This document shows positions 14,208 through 22,834 of a DNA stretch of 24,000 nucleotides, piece after piece; positions within the stretch are counted from its first letter, which is position 1, and each line of letters opens with the position of its first letter. The DNA is from Eubacterium saphenum ATCC 49989 (GTDB taxonomy: Bacteria; Bacillota; Clostridia; Peptostreptococcales; Anaerovoracaceae). Below the pieces are notes generated by a model. The model had not been told where the DNA came from. It did no database searches and saw only the letters and a list, made by a program, of their open reading frames with translations. A program made the translations under genes and the position numbers. Location of the stretch: contig GG688422.1 in NCBI GenBank assembly GCA_000161975.1, positions 950,187 to 974,186 on the forward strand, given 5' to 3'.

Positions 14208-15149
14208 ATGTCTTGCGAAGAATTTAAAGTATTTTCATGTAACGCTAATATGGATCTTTCAAAGGAAGTTGTAGCTTGTCTTGGTAAAACATTGGGTAAG
14301 GGCAGGATTACAAAGTTTAGCGACGGAGAGATACAGGTGGCTTTAGAAGAAGGAGTCAGAGGATATGATTGCTTTGTGGTGCAGTCTACGAGCTCGCCTG
14401 TTAATTCTAATTTAATGGAACTTTTGATAATGATAGACGCAATGAGAAGGGCTTCAGCGGGGAGAATAAACGCCGTTATACCATACTATGGTTATGCAAG
14501 ACAGGATAGAAAGGCAAGGGCCAGAGACCCGATTACAGCTAAGCTCGTAGCAAACCTTATCACAGCAGCGGGAGCGGACAGAGTGGTCACCATGGACCTT
14601 CATGCATCCCAAATACAGGGATTTTTCGATCTTCCCGTAGACCATCTTGAAGGACTTCCCGTGCTTGCGAAACATTTTTTGAACAAGAAAATGGAAAATG
14701 TCGTAGTGGTTTCTCCCGATCACGGCAGCGTAAGAAGGACGAGGAACCTTGCGCAAAAGATTAATGCACCTATAGCGATTATAGATAAACGAAGACCTGA
14801 AGCTAATAAATGCGAAGTTATGAATATAATAGGTGATGTTGCGGGGAAGGATTGCATATTGATAGATGACATGATAGATACCGCGGGTACCATAGTGAGC
14901 GCAATAGATGCACTGAGGGAAAAAGGCTGCAAGAAGGTATATGTATGCGCTACGCATCCGGTGTTATCAGGACCTGCTATAGATAGACTTAGAGGCGCAG
15001 ATATAGAAGAAATCGTAGTTTTAAACACCATAGAACTGCCGGAAGAAAAGATGCTCGATAATTTAACGCAGCTTTCCGTTGCTCCGCTATTTGCAGAGGC
15101 TATAAGCAGGGTGCATAATAATGAATCTTTAAGTGAACTTTTCGAATAA
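14208..15149 (+). CDS. prs: Ribose-phosphate diphosphokinase (PRPP synthetase)
   Basis: 313 aa with motifs [21 protein letters not shown] and the PRPP loop [12 protein letters not shown]. Confidence 0.97.
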   Translation: MSCEEFKVFSCNANMDLSKEVVACLGKTLGKGRITKFSDGEIQVALEEGVRGYDCFVVQSTSSPVNSNLMELLIMIDAMRRASAGRINAVIPYYGYARQDRKARARDPITAKLVANLITAAGADRVVTMDLHASQIQGFFDLPVDHLEGLPVLAKHFLNKKMENVVVVSPDHGSVRRTRNLAQKINAPIAIIDKRRPEANKCEVMNIIGDVAGKDCILIDDMIDTAGTIVSAIDALREKGCKKVYVCATHPVLSGPAIDRLRGADIEEIVVLNTIELPEEKMLDNLTQLSVAPLFAEAISRVHNNESLSELFE

Positions 15150-15152
15150 AAA

Positions 15153-15713
15153 ATGAAGGTAATAGTAGGACTCGGTAATCCCGGTAAGGATTATGAAAAA
15201 ACACGCCATAATGTAGGCTTTATGGTGATAGATGAAATCGCAAATAAACTAGGTATTTCGGGCGGTAAAGAAAAGTTTGATTCGTTATTGCTCGAGGATT
15301 TTGTCGGGCGTGAAAAGGTGGTACTTGTAAAGCCTCTTACGTTTATGAATGATAGTGGTAGGGCTGTTAGGCGCATCATGGATTTTTATAGCTTAGATCC
15401 CGGCGACATCATAGTAATCTACGATGATGTAGACATTGATCTTGGAAAGCTGAGGATAAGAAAAAACGGAAGCGCAGGCACCCATAACGGAATGAAGTCC
15501 ATCATCTATGAGCTTAAGAGCGATGATTTCCCAAGGGTAAGGCTAGGCATCAATAAAGAGAAAAGAGGAGATTTAAAGCGTTTCGTGCTTAAAAATTTTT
15601 CAAAGGATGAAATCCCCATGATCATAGATGTTGTAAAAAGAGCTGCTGATGCAGCGCTCGCAATGGTGGATGATGATATAGACAAAGTAATGAATCAATT
15701 TAATATTAGATAG
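15153..15713 (+). CDS. pth: Peptidyl-tRNA hydrolase
   Basis: 186 aa with VGLGNPG..Y..TRHNVGF at the N-terminus and a GTHNGMKS segment. Confidence 0.95.
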   Translation: MKVIVGLGNPGKDYEKTRHNVGFMVIDEIANKLGISGGKEKFDSLLLEDFVGREKVVLVKPLTFMNDSGRAVRRIMDFYSLDPGDIIVIYDDVDIDLGKLRIRKNGSAGTHNGMKSIIYELKSDDFPRVRLGINKEKRGDLKRFVLKNFSKDEIPMIIDVVKRAADAALAMVDDDIDKVMNQFNIR

Positions 15714-15722
15714 CGAAAAAAT

Positions 15723-18700
15723 ATGAGCACCGCAGAACGTATTGAAGTTATAGGGGTGGAGGCGTCGGCTTCCGCTCGGTACATAAGTGAAAATATAAAG
15801 AATCATGATAGGGTATTTTTAGTTGCAGCTACTGCAGAAGATTGCATGCAACTTGCTGCTGCGCTCGAGTACTTTACAAAAAAAGAAACCATAGTATTGA
15901 GCAAAGATTTGTTTTTCGGGTATGAGAGCAGGGATAGGCAACAGGAGATAAGTTTTTTAAGAGCCGTAAAAAGAATTGCTTCGCAAGAAAGATGCATGGT
16001 AATAGTCACGCCTTTTATGATAAATACCAAGGTGTCGTCAGCTGTATTTAAAAGCGCTTTGACATTAACCATGGGGCAGGACATCTCTAGAGAAGACGTT
16101 GAGGTTCAGCTTTCAGAGCTTGGATATGAAAGAAGACAAAATGCGTACGAAGATGGAGAATATGCCGTAAGAGGTGGCATCATCGATGTTATGCAGGATG
16201 GCGAAAATGGTGTAAGGATAGAATTCTTTGGAGACTGTATAGATGGCATCAGAAAGTTCGATATCAAAACTCAAAGAAGCAGCGAAGCTCTTGAGAGCAT
16301 AGACATTGAACCTGTAAGTTTTGCAAACGGCGATGAGGATTCTAAGATTGATATCATTGATATCGTAAGCCCCGATGTCATTTTTATAGAACAACCTGAT
16401 GTTGTGGCAAAAAGCTGTACAGACGAAGAACAAAAATTTCAAAAGACCATATTAAATCTTAGAGAAAGTAAACAAATCTCGGAAGAAGATATTTTAGATC
16501 ACATGGCTCTTGTGGACATGAAGCGTATGGAACAAAGGTTGGGTATATGGCAAGAATGTGATAAACCGAAAAATAAGGCGATTTACTATATGAGCGCCTT
16601 TGATATTCCAAAGGGTTCGTTTTACTATGGAAAACCTGCTGAAGTCGTCAGGAAAAATGCGGGAGTTATCAGAAATGTCATAGACAGCAAGGAGCTTAAG
16701 AATTTCATAGAGCGCCATGAAGATGAAGGGTTTACCGTAAGGGTAATGGCAAAGGATGAGTATTCAAAAGCTAGGCTGCAGGAGCATTTCGGAATACTCG
16801 GTATTACTGCGGATATTTTTACGTTTGGAAGAGCGGATGAGTTTAGAGGATTTATAGATAACGATGAGCATTCGTGTTTGCTTACTGAAAAGGATATTTT
16901 CGGCGTAAGGGTATATAGAGCTAAGCGTAATACAAACGAAAGTATAGGTGAAAGGCTCAGCGGTTATCAAAATATTGAAGAGGGCGATTACCTTGTGCAT
17001 AAGACAAAGGGAATAGGTAGATATACCGGCATAAAAACCATGAAATTAAGTGGCAGGAGTAAGGACTACATCTGCCTCGTTTATGCGCAGGATGATAAGT
17101 TATATGTGCCGGTTGAGAATGCGAACGTCTTATCTAAATACTCAGGTGTAAGCGATGCGGCTCCGAAGCTAAGCAAGTTATTTACAAACGAATGGAGCGT
17201 TACCAAGAAGAAGGCGTGGTTATCCGTTTTAGAGCTTGCAAAGAAGATACTTGAAGATGAAGCCAAGCGTAAGGCTAAAAAAGGGTATGCTTTTTTACCG
17301 GATGATGAGGAGAGCAAGAAATTTGATGCGGATTTCAGTTATATTCCGACAGACGATCAGCTCAGAGCCATAGATGAGGTCAAGGCGGATATGGAAAGCC
17401 ATTCGCCTATGGACAGATTGTTGTGCGGAGATGTAGGTTATGGTAAAACAGAGGTTGCCGCAAGGGCGATGTATAAGTGTGTAGCTGCTGGTAAGCAGGT
17501 GGCATTCCTTGCTCCTACGACCATTCTTGTAAACCAGCATTATAAAACATTGGTGAAGAGATTTGAAAAAACGGCAGCGATAATAGGGGAATTATCGAGG
17601 TTCAGAACCGATGTGCAGCAGAAAAAAATCATAGAGGATGCGAAGGCGGGGAAGGTAGATATTTTAATAGGTACGCATAGGATGCTTTCTCAGGATATAG
17701 GATTTCAGGATTTAGGGCTTCTTATCATAGATGAAGAACAAAGGTTTGGCGTTGTTCAGAAGGAAAAAATCCGAAGGCTTCGCCAAAATGTGGATGTACT
17801 TACGCTCAGCGCCACTCCTATACCTCGTACAATGCATATGGCGATATCAGGAGCCAGGGATTTGAGCTTGATAACGCATCCGCCGCTTGAGAGGATGCCT
17901 GTCAATACTTTTGTATATATAAAGAGTGATGAAATTATGAGAGAGGCAATTGAAAGAGAAGTCGCAAGGAAGGGGCAGGTGTATGTGGTTTGCAGGCGAA
18001 TTTCGCATATGCAGGATGTAAAGGAAAAGATTGAAAGGCTTGTAAAAGGCATCAGAGTGGATACCGTGAACGGGCAGATGAACGAAAAATATATTGAGGA
18101 TACTCTGTCTTCATTTATAGCGGGCGAGATAGATGTTTTGGTATGTACCAAGATAATAGAGACGGGCATAGACATTAAAAATGCGAACACTATTATTATT
18201 TTAGATGCCGACATGATGGGAATAGCCGAGCTATACCAGCTCAGAGGAAGAGTAGGAAGGGGCAACAGATCATCGTTTGCCTATCTTTTGCATAATGATT
18301 ATAAAAAGCTTTCGGATGAACAAAAGAGCAGACTCACTGCGATAAAGGAGTTTGCGAAGTTCGGATCGTCGCTCACGCTCGCTATGAAGGATATGCAGAT
18401 AAGGGGCGCCGGAGATATAATAGGCAAACAACAGCACGGACATATGATAAGCATTGGCTATGAAATGTATATAAAGCTTATAGAGGATGCGGTTAAAGCT
18501 TTAAATGAAGGGCGGGAGATTGAGATAGAGGATGAAGTCGAGTGCGAGATGAGCCTTGATATAGAGGCATATATACCGAAATCATACATTCATGACACAC
18601 AGTCAAAGCTTATGGTATATAGAAAGATAGCCGGTATACAGACAAATGAGGAATTTCAAGACGTGAAGGAATATATAGAGGATATGTTCGGTAGAAGTCC

Positions 18701-19001
18701 TGAGAACGTAAGAAAGCTAATGGAATTGTCGTTTGTGAAAAACAAAGCGGCAAGGTGCGGCATATCAAAGGTAAGGAGCAATGAATTCGATATAATTGTG
18801 GAATATATAAGCGCAAAAAGTCTTCAGCCGCATGACTATTCTGCGCTTGCCGGTAAGTTTAAAGACGTACTTAAGATCGGTGGATACAAGCATCCAATAT
18901 TGAGGTTTAATAAGGCGCAGTATTTATATAAGTACAATATAGACCTGAATGAAGAACCCTTAGATGTAGTCGAGAGGATAATATCAATGCACACCGCTTA
19001 A
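15723..19001 (+). CDS. mfd: Transcription-repair coupling factor
   Basis: 1092 aa. CarD-like RNAP-interaction segment (GDYLVHKTKGIGRY), superfamily-2 helicase motifs (GDVGYGKTEVA, DEEQRFG, LSATPIPRT, QLRGRVGR) and a TRG-type region. Follows pth as in other Firmicutes. Confidence 0.97.
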   Translation: MSTAERIEVIGVEASASARYISENIKNHDRVFLVAATAEDCMQLAAALEYFTKKETIVLSKDLFFGYESRDRQQEISFLRAVKRIASQERCMVIVTPFMINTKVSSAVFKSALTLTMGQDISREDVEVQLSELGYERRQNAYEDGEYAVRGGIIDVMQDGENGVRIEFFGDCIDGIRKFDIKTQRSSEALESIDIEPVSFANGDEDSKIDIIDIVSPDVIFIEQPDVVAKSCTDEEQKFQKTILNLRESKQISEEDILDHMALVDMKRMEQRLGIWQECDKPKNKAIYYMSAFDIPKGSFYYGKPAEVVRKNAGVIRNVIDSKELKNFIERHEDEGFTVRVMAKDEYSKARLQEHFGILGITADIFTFGRADEFRGFIDNDEHSCLLTEKDIFGVRVYRAKRNTNESIGERLSGYQNIEEGDYLVHKTKGIGRYTGIKTMKLSGRSKDYICLVYAQDDKLYVPVENANVLSKYSGVSDAAPKLSKLFTNEWSVTKKKAWLSVLELAKKILEDEAKRKAKKGYAFLPDDEESKKFDADFSYIPTDDQLRAIDEVKADMESHSPMDRLLCGDVGYGKTEVAARAMYKCVAAGKQVAFLAPTTILVNQHYKTLVKRFEKTAAIIGELSRFRTDVQQKKIIEDAKAGKVDILIGTHRMLSQDIGFQDLGLLIIDEEQRFGVVQKEKIRRLRQNVDVLTLSATPIPRTMHMAISGARDLSLITHPPLERMPVNTFVYIKSDEIMREAIEREVARKGQVYVVCRRISHMQDVKEKIERLVKGIRVDTVNGQMNEKYIEDTLSSFIAGEIDVLVCTKIIETGIDIKNANTIIILDADMMGIAELYQLRGRVGRGNRSSFAYLLHNDYKKLSDEQKSRLTAIKEFAKFGSSLTLAMKDMQIRGAGDIIGKQQHGHMISIGYEMYIKLIEDAVKALNEGREIEIEDEVECEMSLDIEAYIPKSYIHDTQSKLMVYRKIAGIQTNEEFQDVKEYIEDMFGRSPENVRKLMELSFVKNKAARCGISKVRSNEFDIIVEYISAKSLQPHDYSALAGKFKDVLKIGGYKHPILRFNKAQYLYKYNIDLNEEPLDVVERIISMHTA

Positions 19002-19100
19002 CAAAGGGACTAATGTTAAGTTGGGGAATTTTCATTTGTGGTATGCTAAGACATTATCATTTTTGGTTCAGAAAATAACATGGTTGTATTGGGCAAATAA

Positions 19101-19129
19101 TTGACATGAGTATAAATTATTGTTATACT
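19101..19129 (+). promoter_or_regulatory. Candidate sigma-A promoter for the lipoprotein PPIase gene
   Basis: TTGACA (19101-19106), 17-nt spacer, TATACT (19124-19129), 60 nt upstream of the ATG. Confidence 0.6.
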
Positions 19130-19188
19130 AGCATGGTATTTTTGAAAGTTAGCTATTGCAGAGGGCATAGCACGGAAGGAGAAATGAC

Positions 19189-20298
19189 ATGTTAAAAAAG
19201 ATGGGAGCCGTGAGTATTGCATTGGTGTTATCAGTAGCAGTGCTATTCACAGGATGCGGTGGTAAAAAGGCATCGGATGCGGTTGATGTACCGGGTTACA
19301 AGGGCATTGAAGTAGAGAAGGAAAAGGTAGAGAAGGTTACAGACAAGGCGCTTAATGATGCAGTGCAAAATAGAATTAAAGGACAGATGCAATACAAAGA
19401 AGTAAAGGGCGCTGTTAAGGATAACTATAGAGTAAATATAGACTATGCAGGCAAGAAGGACGGCAAGAGCTTTGCCGGAGGTACTGCGAAGGGATATACG
19501 CTAACGTTAGGTTCCAACCAGTTTATTAAAGATCTTGAAAACGGTATAGTTGGGATGAAAAAAGGTCAGAAGAAGACTATCAATGCGACCTTCCCTAAAA
19601 CATATCATTCAAAGGAACTTGCGGGTAAAAAGGTTACATTTGATGTAAAGGTAAACAGAGTGGAAGAGCCTGTAAAGTCTAAGAACGATGCGGCATATTA
19701 CAAAAAATTATCTCAAAACAAAGCTAAAAATATGGATGAGCTTAAGAAGGTAATTAAGAAGGAATTGGAAAAGGCAAATGAAAATCGTGCAGAAGAAATG
19801 ATGAAATCAAATGCATGGTCAAAGGTAATGGCAAAGGTAAAGGTAAAGAAGTTACCTGAGGATGATGTTAAGGCGGCAGAAGACATAATCAAAGGCAGAA
19901 ACGAACAGCTTCGTAAGCAGCAAAAACAATCTATGGCGCAGTACTTAAAGCAAAGAGGCATAGATGAAAAGGCATATAATAAGGAAGTAACTACTCAGGC
20001 GGAAAACGAAGTGAAGACTAAGATGGCGTATATGTTCGTTTGTGAAGCTGAAAAAATTGAACCTAGTTCCGATGACATCAAGAAGAGGGTTGAAGAATAC
20101 AAGAAGATGGGTTATGACGATAAGTCCATCAAGAAGTACACAGGAAAGAACCTCGAAGATACCGTAAAGGATGAGCTTTACCAAAAGGCTGCTAAGGACT
20201 TCGTTTACAAGCACGCTAAGAAGGTAGAGAAGAAGAAGCCAACACCTAAGAAAAACGAAAAGAAGAAGGACAGTTCAAAGAAAAAAGGCGATAAATAG
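19189..20298 (+). CDS. Lipoprotein with trigger-factor-type FKBP peptidyl-prolyl isomerase domain and Lys-rich C-terminal tail
   Basis: Signal peptide plus lipobox (VAVLFTGC). The central segment DYAGKKDGKSFAGGTAKGYTLTLGSNQFIKDLENGIVGMKKGQKKTINATFPKTYHSKELAGKKVTFDVKV parallels the trigger-factor PPIase domain (G..F.GG......L.LGS..FI.....Q.VGMK.G.......FP..YH...LAGK...F.V.V). The tail is KKVEKKKPTPKKNEKKKDSSKKKGDK. Confidence 0.8.
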   Translation: MLKKMGAVSIALVLSVAVLFTGCGGKKASDAVDVPGYKGIEVEKEKVEKVTDKALNDAVQNRIKGQMQYKEVKGAVKDNYRVNIDYAGKKDGKSFAGGTAKGYTLTLGSNQFIKDLENGIVGMKKGQKKTINATFPKTYHSKELAGKKVTFDVKVNRVEEPVKSKNDAAYYKKLSQNKAKNMDELKKVIKKELEKANENRAEEMMKSNAWSKVMAKVKVKKLPEDDVKAAEDIIKGRNEQLRKQQKQSMAQYLKQRGIDEKAYNKEVTTQAENEVKTKMAYMFVCEAEKIEPSSDDIKKRVEEYKKMGYDDKSIKKYTGKNLEDTVKDELYQKAAKDFVYKHAKKVEKKKPTPKKNEKKKDSSKKKGDK

Positions 20299-20315
20299 AG
20301 GCAATTCGATATTAA

Positions 20316-20349
20316 AGCATAGGGGCCAACGTACTTAAGCCCCTATGCT
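20316..20349 (+). terminator. Hairpin after the lipoprotein gene (terminator-like, no canonical U-tract)
   Basis: Perfect 10-bp stem agcatagggg (20316-20325) with cccctatgct (20340-20349) around a 14-nt loop. It is followed by aaactttaaaa rather than a T-run. Confidence 0.4.
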
Positions 20350-20560
20350 AAACTTTAAAAGTTCAGCCGGAAATTTACAGCAATAGAAAAAATTTGCGCA
20401 TGCTGTGAAATCTTGTATAGAGTTTTAAAAGTTTAGCAGGAAGTTTGCAGGAAAAACTGCAGCAAATTTGGAAACGTGAGCTATAGGCTATTGATTTGGG
20501 TACAGGTAGAAAAAGATTTTTTAAAATGGCTTATGGACTGTTTAATAATTACGAACATTT

Positions 20561-20611
20561 ACAAAAAAACTAAAAAAGGCTATTGACAATAAGTGAAGCA
20601 ATAGATATAAT
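20561..20611 (+). promoter_or_regulatory. Strong consensus sigma-A promoter with A-tract UP element for the tRNA operon
   Basis: TTGACA (20583-20588), 17-nt spacer, TATAAT (20606-20611), preceded by acaaaaaaactaaaaaagg (20561-20579). The first tRNA starts 42 nt downstream. Confidence 0.85.
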
Positions 20612-20652
20612 GTTTAGGCATGCTGGAAACAGCATCCACGAGAGAAGATTGT

Positions 20653-20728
20653 GGGCGCATAGCTCAGCTGGGAGAGCACCTGCCTTACAAGCAGGGGGTC
20701 ATAGGTTCGAGCCCTATTGCGCCCACCA
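20653..20728 (+). tRNA. tRNA-Val (anticodon TAC)
   Basis: Manual cloverleaf: acceptor gggcgca/tgcgccc, anticodon stem cctgc/gcagg, loop CTTACAA, T loop ttcgagc, CCA encoded. Confidence 0.92.
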
Positions 20729-20732
20729 TTTT

Positions 20733-20809
20733 GGTCCGGTAGTTCAGTTGGTTAGAATGCCAGCCTGTCACGCTGGAGGTCGTCGGTTCGAACCCGATCC
20801 GGATCGCCA
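20733..20809 (+). tRNA. tRNA-Asp (anticodon GTC)
   Basis: Acceptor ggtccgg/ccggatc (one G-U), anticodon stem ccagc/gctgg, loop CTGTCAC, T loop ttcgaac, CCA encoded. Confidence 0.92.
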
Positions 20810-20818
20810 TTTTCTTTC

Positions 20819-20893
20819 GCTGGCGTGGCTCAATGGTAGAGCAGCTGATTTGTAATCAGCAGGTTGTGGGTTCGATTCCCTCCGCCAGCTCCA
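20819..20893 (+). tRNA. tRNA-Thr (anticodon TGT)
   Basis: Acceptor gctggcg/cgccagc, anticodon stem gctga/tcagc, loop TTTGTAA, T loop ttcgatt, CCA encoded. Confidence 0.92.
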
Positions 20894-20896
20894 TCT

Positions 20897-20982
20897 GGAG
20901 GAGTTCCCGAGTTGGCCAAAGGGGACGGACTGTAACTCCGTTAGCTTAGCTTTCAGTGGTTCGAATCCACTCTCCTCCACCA
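20897..20982 (+). tRNA. tRNA-Tyr (anticodon GTA), class II with long variable arm
   Basis: Acceptor ggaggag/ctcctcc, anticodon stem acgga/tccgt, loop CTGTAAC, long variable arm, T loop ttcgaat, CCA encoded. Confidence 0.9.
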
Positions 20983-21043
20983 GTTTTTGTTTAGGGATTG
21001 ATTTTTGACAACGTTTTAGCCATTAGGCTAACCTCGATATTTT

Positions 21044-21118
21044 GCGGAAGTGGCTCAGGGGTAGAGCATCGCCTTGCCAAGGCGAGGGTCGCGAGTTCGA
21101 ATCTCGTCTTCCGCTCCA
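21044..21118 (+). tRNA. tRNA-Gly (anticodon GCC)
   Basis: Acceptor gcggaag/cttccgc, anticodon stem tcgcc/ggcga, loop TTGCCAA, T loop ttcgaat, CCA encoded. Confidence 0.92.
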
Positions 21119-21122
21119 TTGT

Positions 21123-21196
21123 GCGGATGTAGTTCAATGGTAGAACTCCAGCCTTCCAAGCTGGTAGCGTGAGTTCGATTCTCATCATCCGCTCCA
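21123..21196 (+). tRNA. tRNA-Gly (anticodon TCC)
   Basis: Acceptor gcggatg/catccgc, anticodon stem ccagc/gctgg, loop CTTCCAA, T loop ttcgatt, CCA encoded. Confidence 0.92.
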
Positions 21197-21202
21197 CTAT
21201 TT

Positions 21203-21279
21203 GGGCCCATAGCTCAGTAGGATAGAGCAACGGCCTTCTAAGCCGTGCGTCCGGGGTTCGAATCCCTGTGGGCTCACCA
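21203..21279 (+). tRNA. tRNA-Arg (anticodon TCT)
   Basis: Acceptor gggccca/tgggctc (one G-U), anticodon stem acggc/gccgt, loop CTTCTAA, T loop ttcgaat, CCA encoded. Confidence 0.9.
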
Positions 21280-21282
21280 CAT

Positions 21283-21357
21283 TGGGGTATAGCCAAGTGG
21301 TAAGGCAACGGACTTTGACTCCGTTATTCGTAGGTTCGAGTCCTGCTACCCCAGCCA
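21283..21357 (+). tRNA. tRNA-Gln (anticodon TTG)
   Basis: Acceptor tggggta/tacccca, anticodon stem acgga/tccgt, loop CTTTGAC, T loop ttcgagt, CCA encoded. Confidence 0.9.
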
Positions 21358-21361
21358 CTAT

Positions 21362-21437
21362 GACCCATTAGCTCAGTCGGCAGAGCACTTGACTTTTAAT
21401 CAAGGTGTCCCGCGTTCGAATCGCGGATGGGTCACCA
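21362..21437 (+). tRNA. tRNA-Lys (anticodon TTT)
   Basis: Acceptor gacccat/atgggtc, anticodon stem cttga/tcaag, loop CTTTTAA, T loop ttcgaat, CCA encoded. Confidence 0.92.
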
Positions 21438-21441
21438 TTTT

Positions 21442-21530
21442 GGAAAGGTGTCCGAGTGGTTTAAGGAGCTGGTCTTGAAAACCAGTGATTCCGAAAGGGA
21501 CCGTGGGTTCGAATCCCACCCTTTCCGCCA
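21442..21530 (+). tRNA. tRNA-Ser (anticodon TGA), class II
   Basis: Acceptor ggaaagg/cctttcc, anticodon stem ctggt/accag, loop CTTGAAA, long variable arm, T loop ttcgaat, CCA encoded. Confidence 0.9.
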
Positions 21531-21543
21531 TTTAGAGTAATGG

Positions 21544-21638
21544 GGAGAAGTACTCAAGTAGGCTTAAGAGGACGGTTTGCTAAACCGTTAGGGTCTTGTT
21601 TAGGGGCCGCATGGGTTCGAATCCCATCTTCTCCGCCA
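21544..21638 (+). tRNA. tRNA-Ser (anticodon GCT), class II
   Basis: Acceptor ggagaag/cttctcc, anticodon stem acggt/accgt, loop TTGCTAA, long variable arm, T loop ttcgaat, CCA encoded. At 95 nt it is slightly long for a tRNA-Ser. Confidence 0.85.
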
Positions 21639-21642
21639 ATGT

Positions 21643-21718
21643 AGGGGTATAGCTCAGCTGGTAGAGCAATGGTCTCCAAAACCATGTGTCGTGGGTTCAA
21701 GTCCTACTGCCCCTGCCA
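21643..21718 (+). tRNA. tRNA-Trp (anticodon CCA)
   Basis: Acceptor aggggta/tgcccct (one U-G), anticodon stem atggt/accat, loop CTCCAAA, T loop ttcaagt, CCA encoded. Confidence 0.9.
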
Positions 21719-21733
21719 CATAATTAACATCAT

Positions 21734-21810
21734 CGGGGTGTAGCGCAGTTTGGTAGCGCAACTGGTTTGGGACCAGTGGGTCGCGGGTTCAAATCCTGCC
21801 ACCCCGACCA
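21734..21810 (+). tRNA. tRNA-Pro (anticodon TGG)
   Basis: Acceptor cggggtg/caccccg, anticodon stem actgg/ccagt, loop TTTGGGA, T loop ttcaaat, CCA encoded. Confidence 0.92.
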
Positions 21811-21815
21811 AGTAA

Positions 21816-21840
21816 AGATCTGTCGGGCAGGTCTTTTTTT
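21816..21840 (+). terminator. Rho-independent terminator closing the tRNA operon
   Basis: Stem agatctg (21816-21822) with caggtct (21828-21834, one G-U), a 5-nt loop, then a run of seven T (21834-21840). Confidence 0.8.
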
Positions 21841-22081
21841 ATTACAAGCATCAGATTATAGCTGTTTGTTTAGAGGTTTTACCAGCATTTCCAATTTATA
21901 TAGTGTATTTAAAGTTGGAGATACTATATAGCTGAAATGCCGAAAATTTCATCAGAAAAAAAGTATTATTAAATGATTTTTTTACTTGTTTTTCATTGAC
22001 AAATAGCCGTTTTAATGAGAAAATGTTTCCAGTCGTTAATTTACGTAGTAAAAGATATATGAAGTTAGGGAGGTTTCGTTT

Positions 22082-22360
22082 ATGAATAAGGCGGATCTAG
22101 TTGCGGTAATCGCAGAGAAGACAGGTTTTACTAAGAAGGATGCTGAAGCAACAATCAATGCATTTGTTAGCACAGTAGAAGAGGCTCTTATCAAGGGGGA
22201 GAAAGTTCAGCTAATCGGATTTGGTACTTTTGAAGCTAGAGACAGAAAAGCTAGAAAAGGTAGAAACCCAAGGAATCCTGGTGAAGTTATTAAGATTCCT
22301 GCATCAAAGGCACCTGTATTTAAGGCCGGCAAGGCACTTAAGGCAGCTGTAAATAAATAG
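22082..22360 (+). CDS. hup: Nucleoid-associated DNA-binding protein HU
   Basis: 92 aa with classic HU sequence (MNKADLV..., [25 protein letters not shown]). SD gggagg upstream. Confidence 0.97.
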   Translation: MNKADLVAVIAEKTGFTKKDAEATINAFVSTVEEALIKGEKVQLIGFGTFEARDRKARKGRNPRNPGEVIKIPASKAPVFKAGKALKAAVNK

Positions 22361-22378
22361 GTTTTGTTTTAGAATTTT

Positions 22379-22414
22379 ACGGACATTTCCTTGCGGGGAG
22401 GTGTCCGTTTTTTA
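22379..22414 (+). terminator. Rho-independent terminator after hup
   Basis: acggaca (22379-22385) pairs with tgtccgt (22402-22408) with further internal pairing (cc..gg), followed by tttttt. Confidence 0.8.
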
Positions 22415-22435
22415 TTGCATGAAATAAGGTGAGGT

Positions 22436-22675
22436 ATGAGAATAGATAAATTCTTGAAAAATTCAAGGATTATAAAGCGAAGAACTTTGGCTAAAGAGGC
22501 CTGTGAAAAGCATAGGATATTGCTGAATGACAGGATAGCAAAGCCGGGAACCGAGGTGAATGTCGGTGATATCATAACGCTTAAGTTTGCCGCCGGCGAA
22601 AAGCGTATAAAAGTACTTGATGTGAGTGAACATGTATCGAAGGCATCGAGTCTTGATATTTATGAAGAGCTATAA
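22436..22675 (+). CDS. S4-domain RNA-binding protein (YabO/Hsp15-like)
   Basis: 79 aa. MRIDKFLKNSRIIKRRTLAKEACE....LLND..AKPG..V..GD is the S4 alpha-L RNA-binding motif. Its position downstream of mfd/hup resembles Firmicute yabO. Confidence 0.8.
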   Translation: MRIDKFLKNSRIIKRRTLAKEACEKHRILLNDRIAKPGTEVNVGDIITLKFAAGEKRIKVLDVSEHVSKASSLDIYEEL

Positions 22676-22726
22676 ACAGGCATGAGCTGTAAGCGCCTTT
22701 GATGTATGCCTATATAATAATAAAGC

Positions 22727-22763
22727 GCCGAATTTTAAATATAAAAGTCGGCTGTGGTTTTTT
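22727..22763 (+). terminator. Probable terminator after the S4-domain gene
   Basis: gccgaatttt (22727-22736) pairs with aaaagtcggc (22743-22752) at 9 of 10 positions around loop aaatat. The T-run tttttt at 22758-22763 follows a 5-nt gap. Confidence 0.5.
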
Positions 22764-22834
22764 GCAGGTGGATTTAATTAATTGTTTATTAAATGGTAAT
22801 ATGGAATAAATGTCGTACAGTTGTAATCAACGGC

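Noticed and set aside
20983-21043. Internal promoter in the gap between tRNA-Tyr and tRNA-Gly (TTGACA at 21006-21011)
   Set aside because: The best -10 candidate at the correct spacing is TAACCT, which is poor. The gap is more simply a processing spacer.
20583-21308. Three track ORFs (20583-20855 +, 20768-20980 -, 20991-21308 -)
   Set aside because: They lie entirely over the promoter and the tRNA genes. Their open frames reflect GC-rich structured tRNA sequence, not coding potential.
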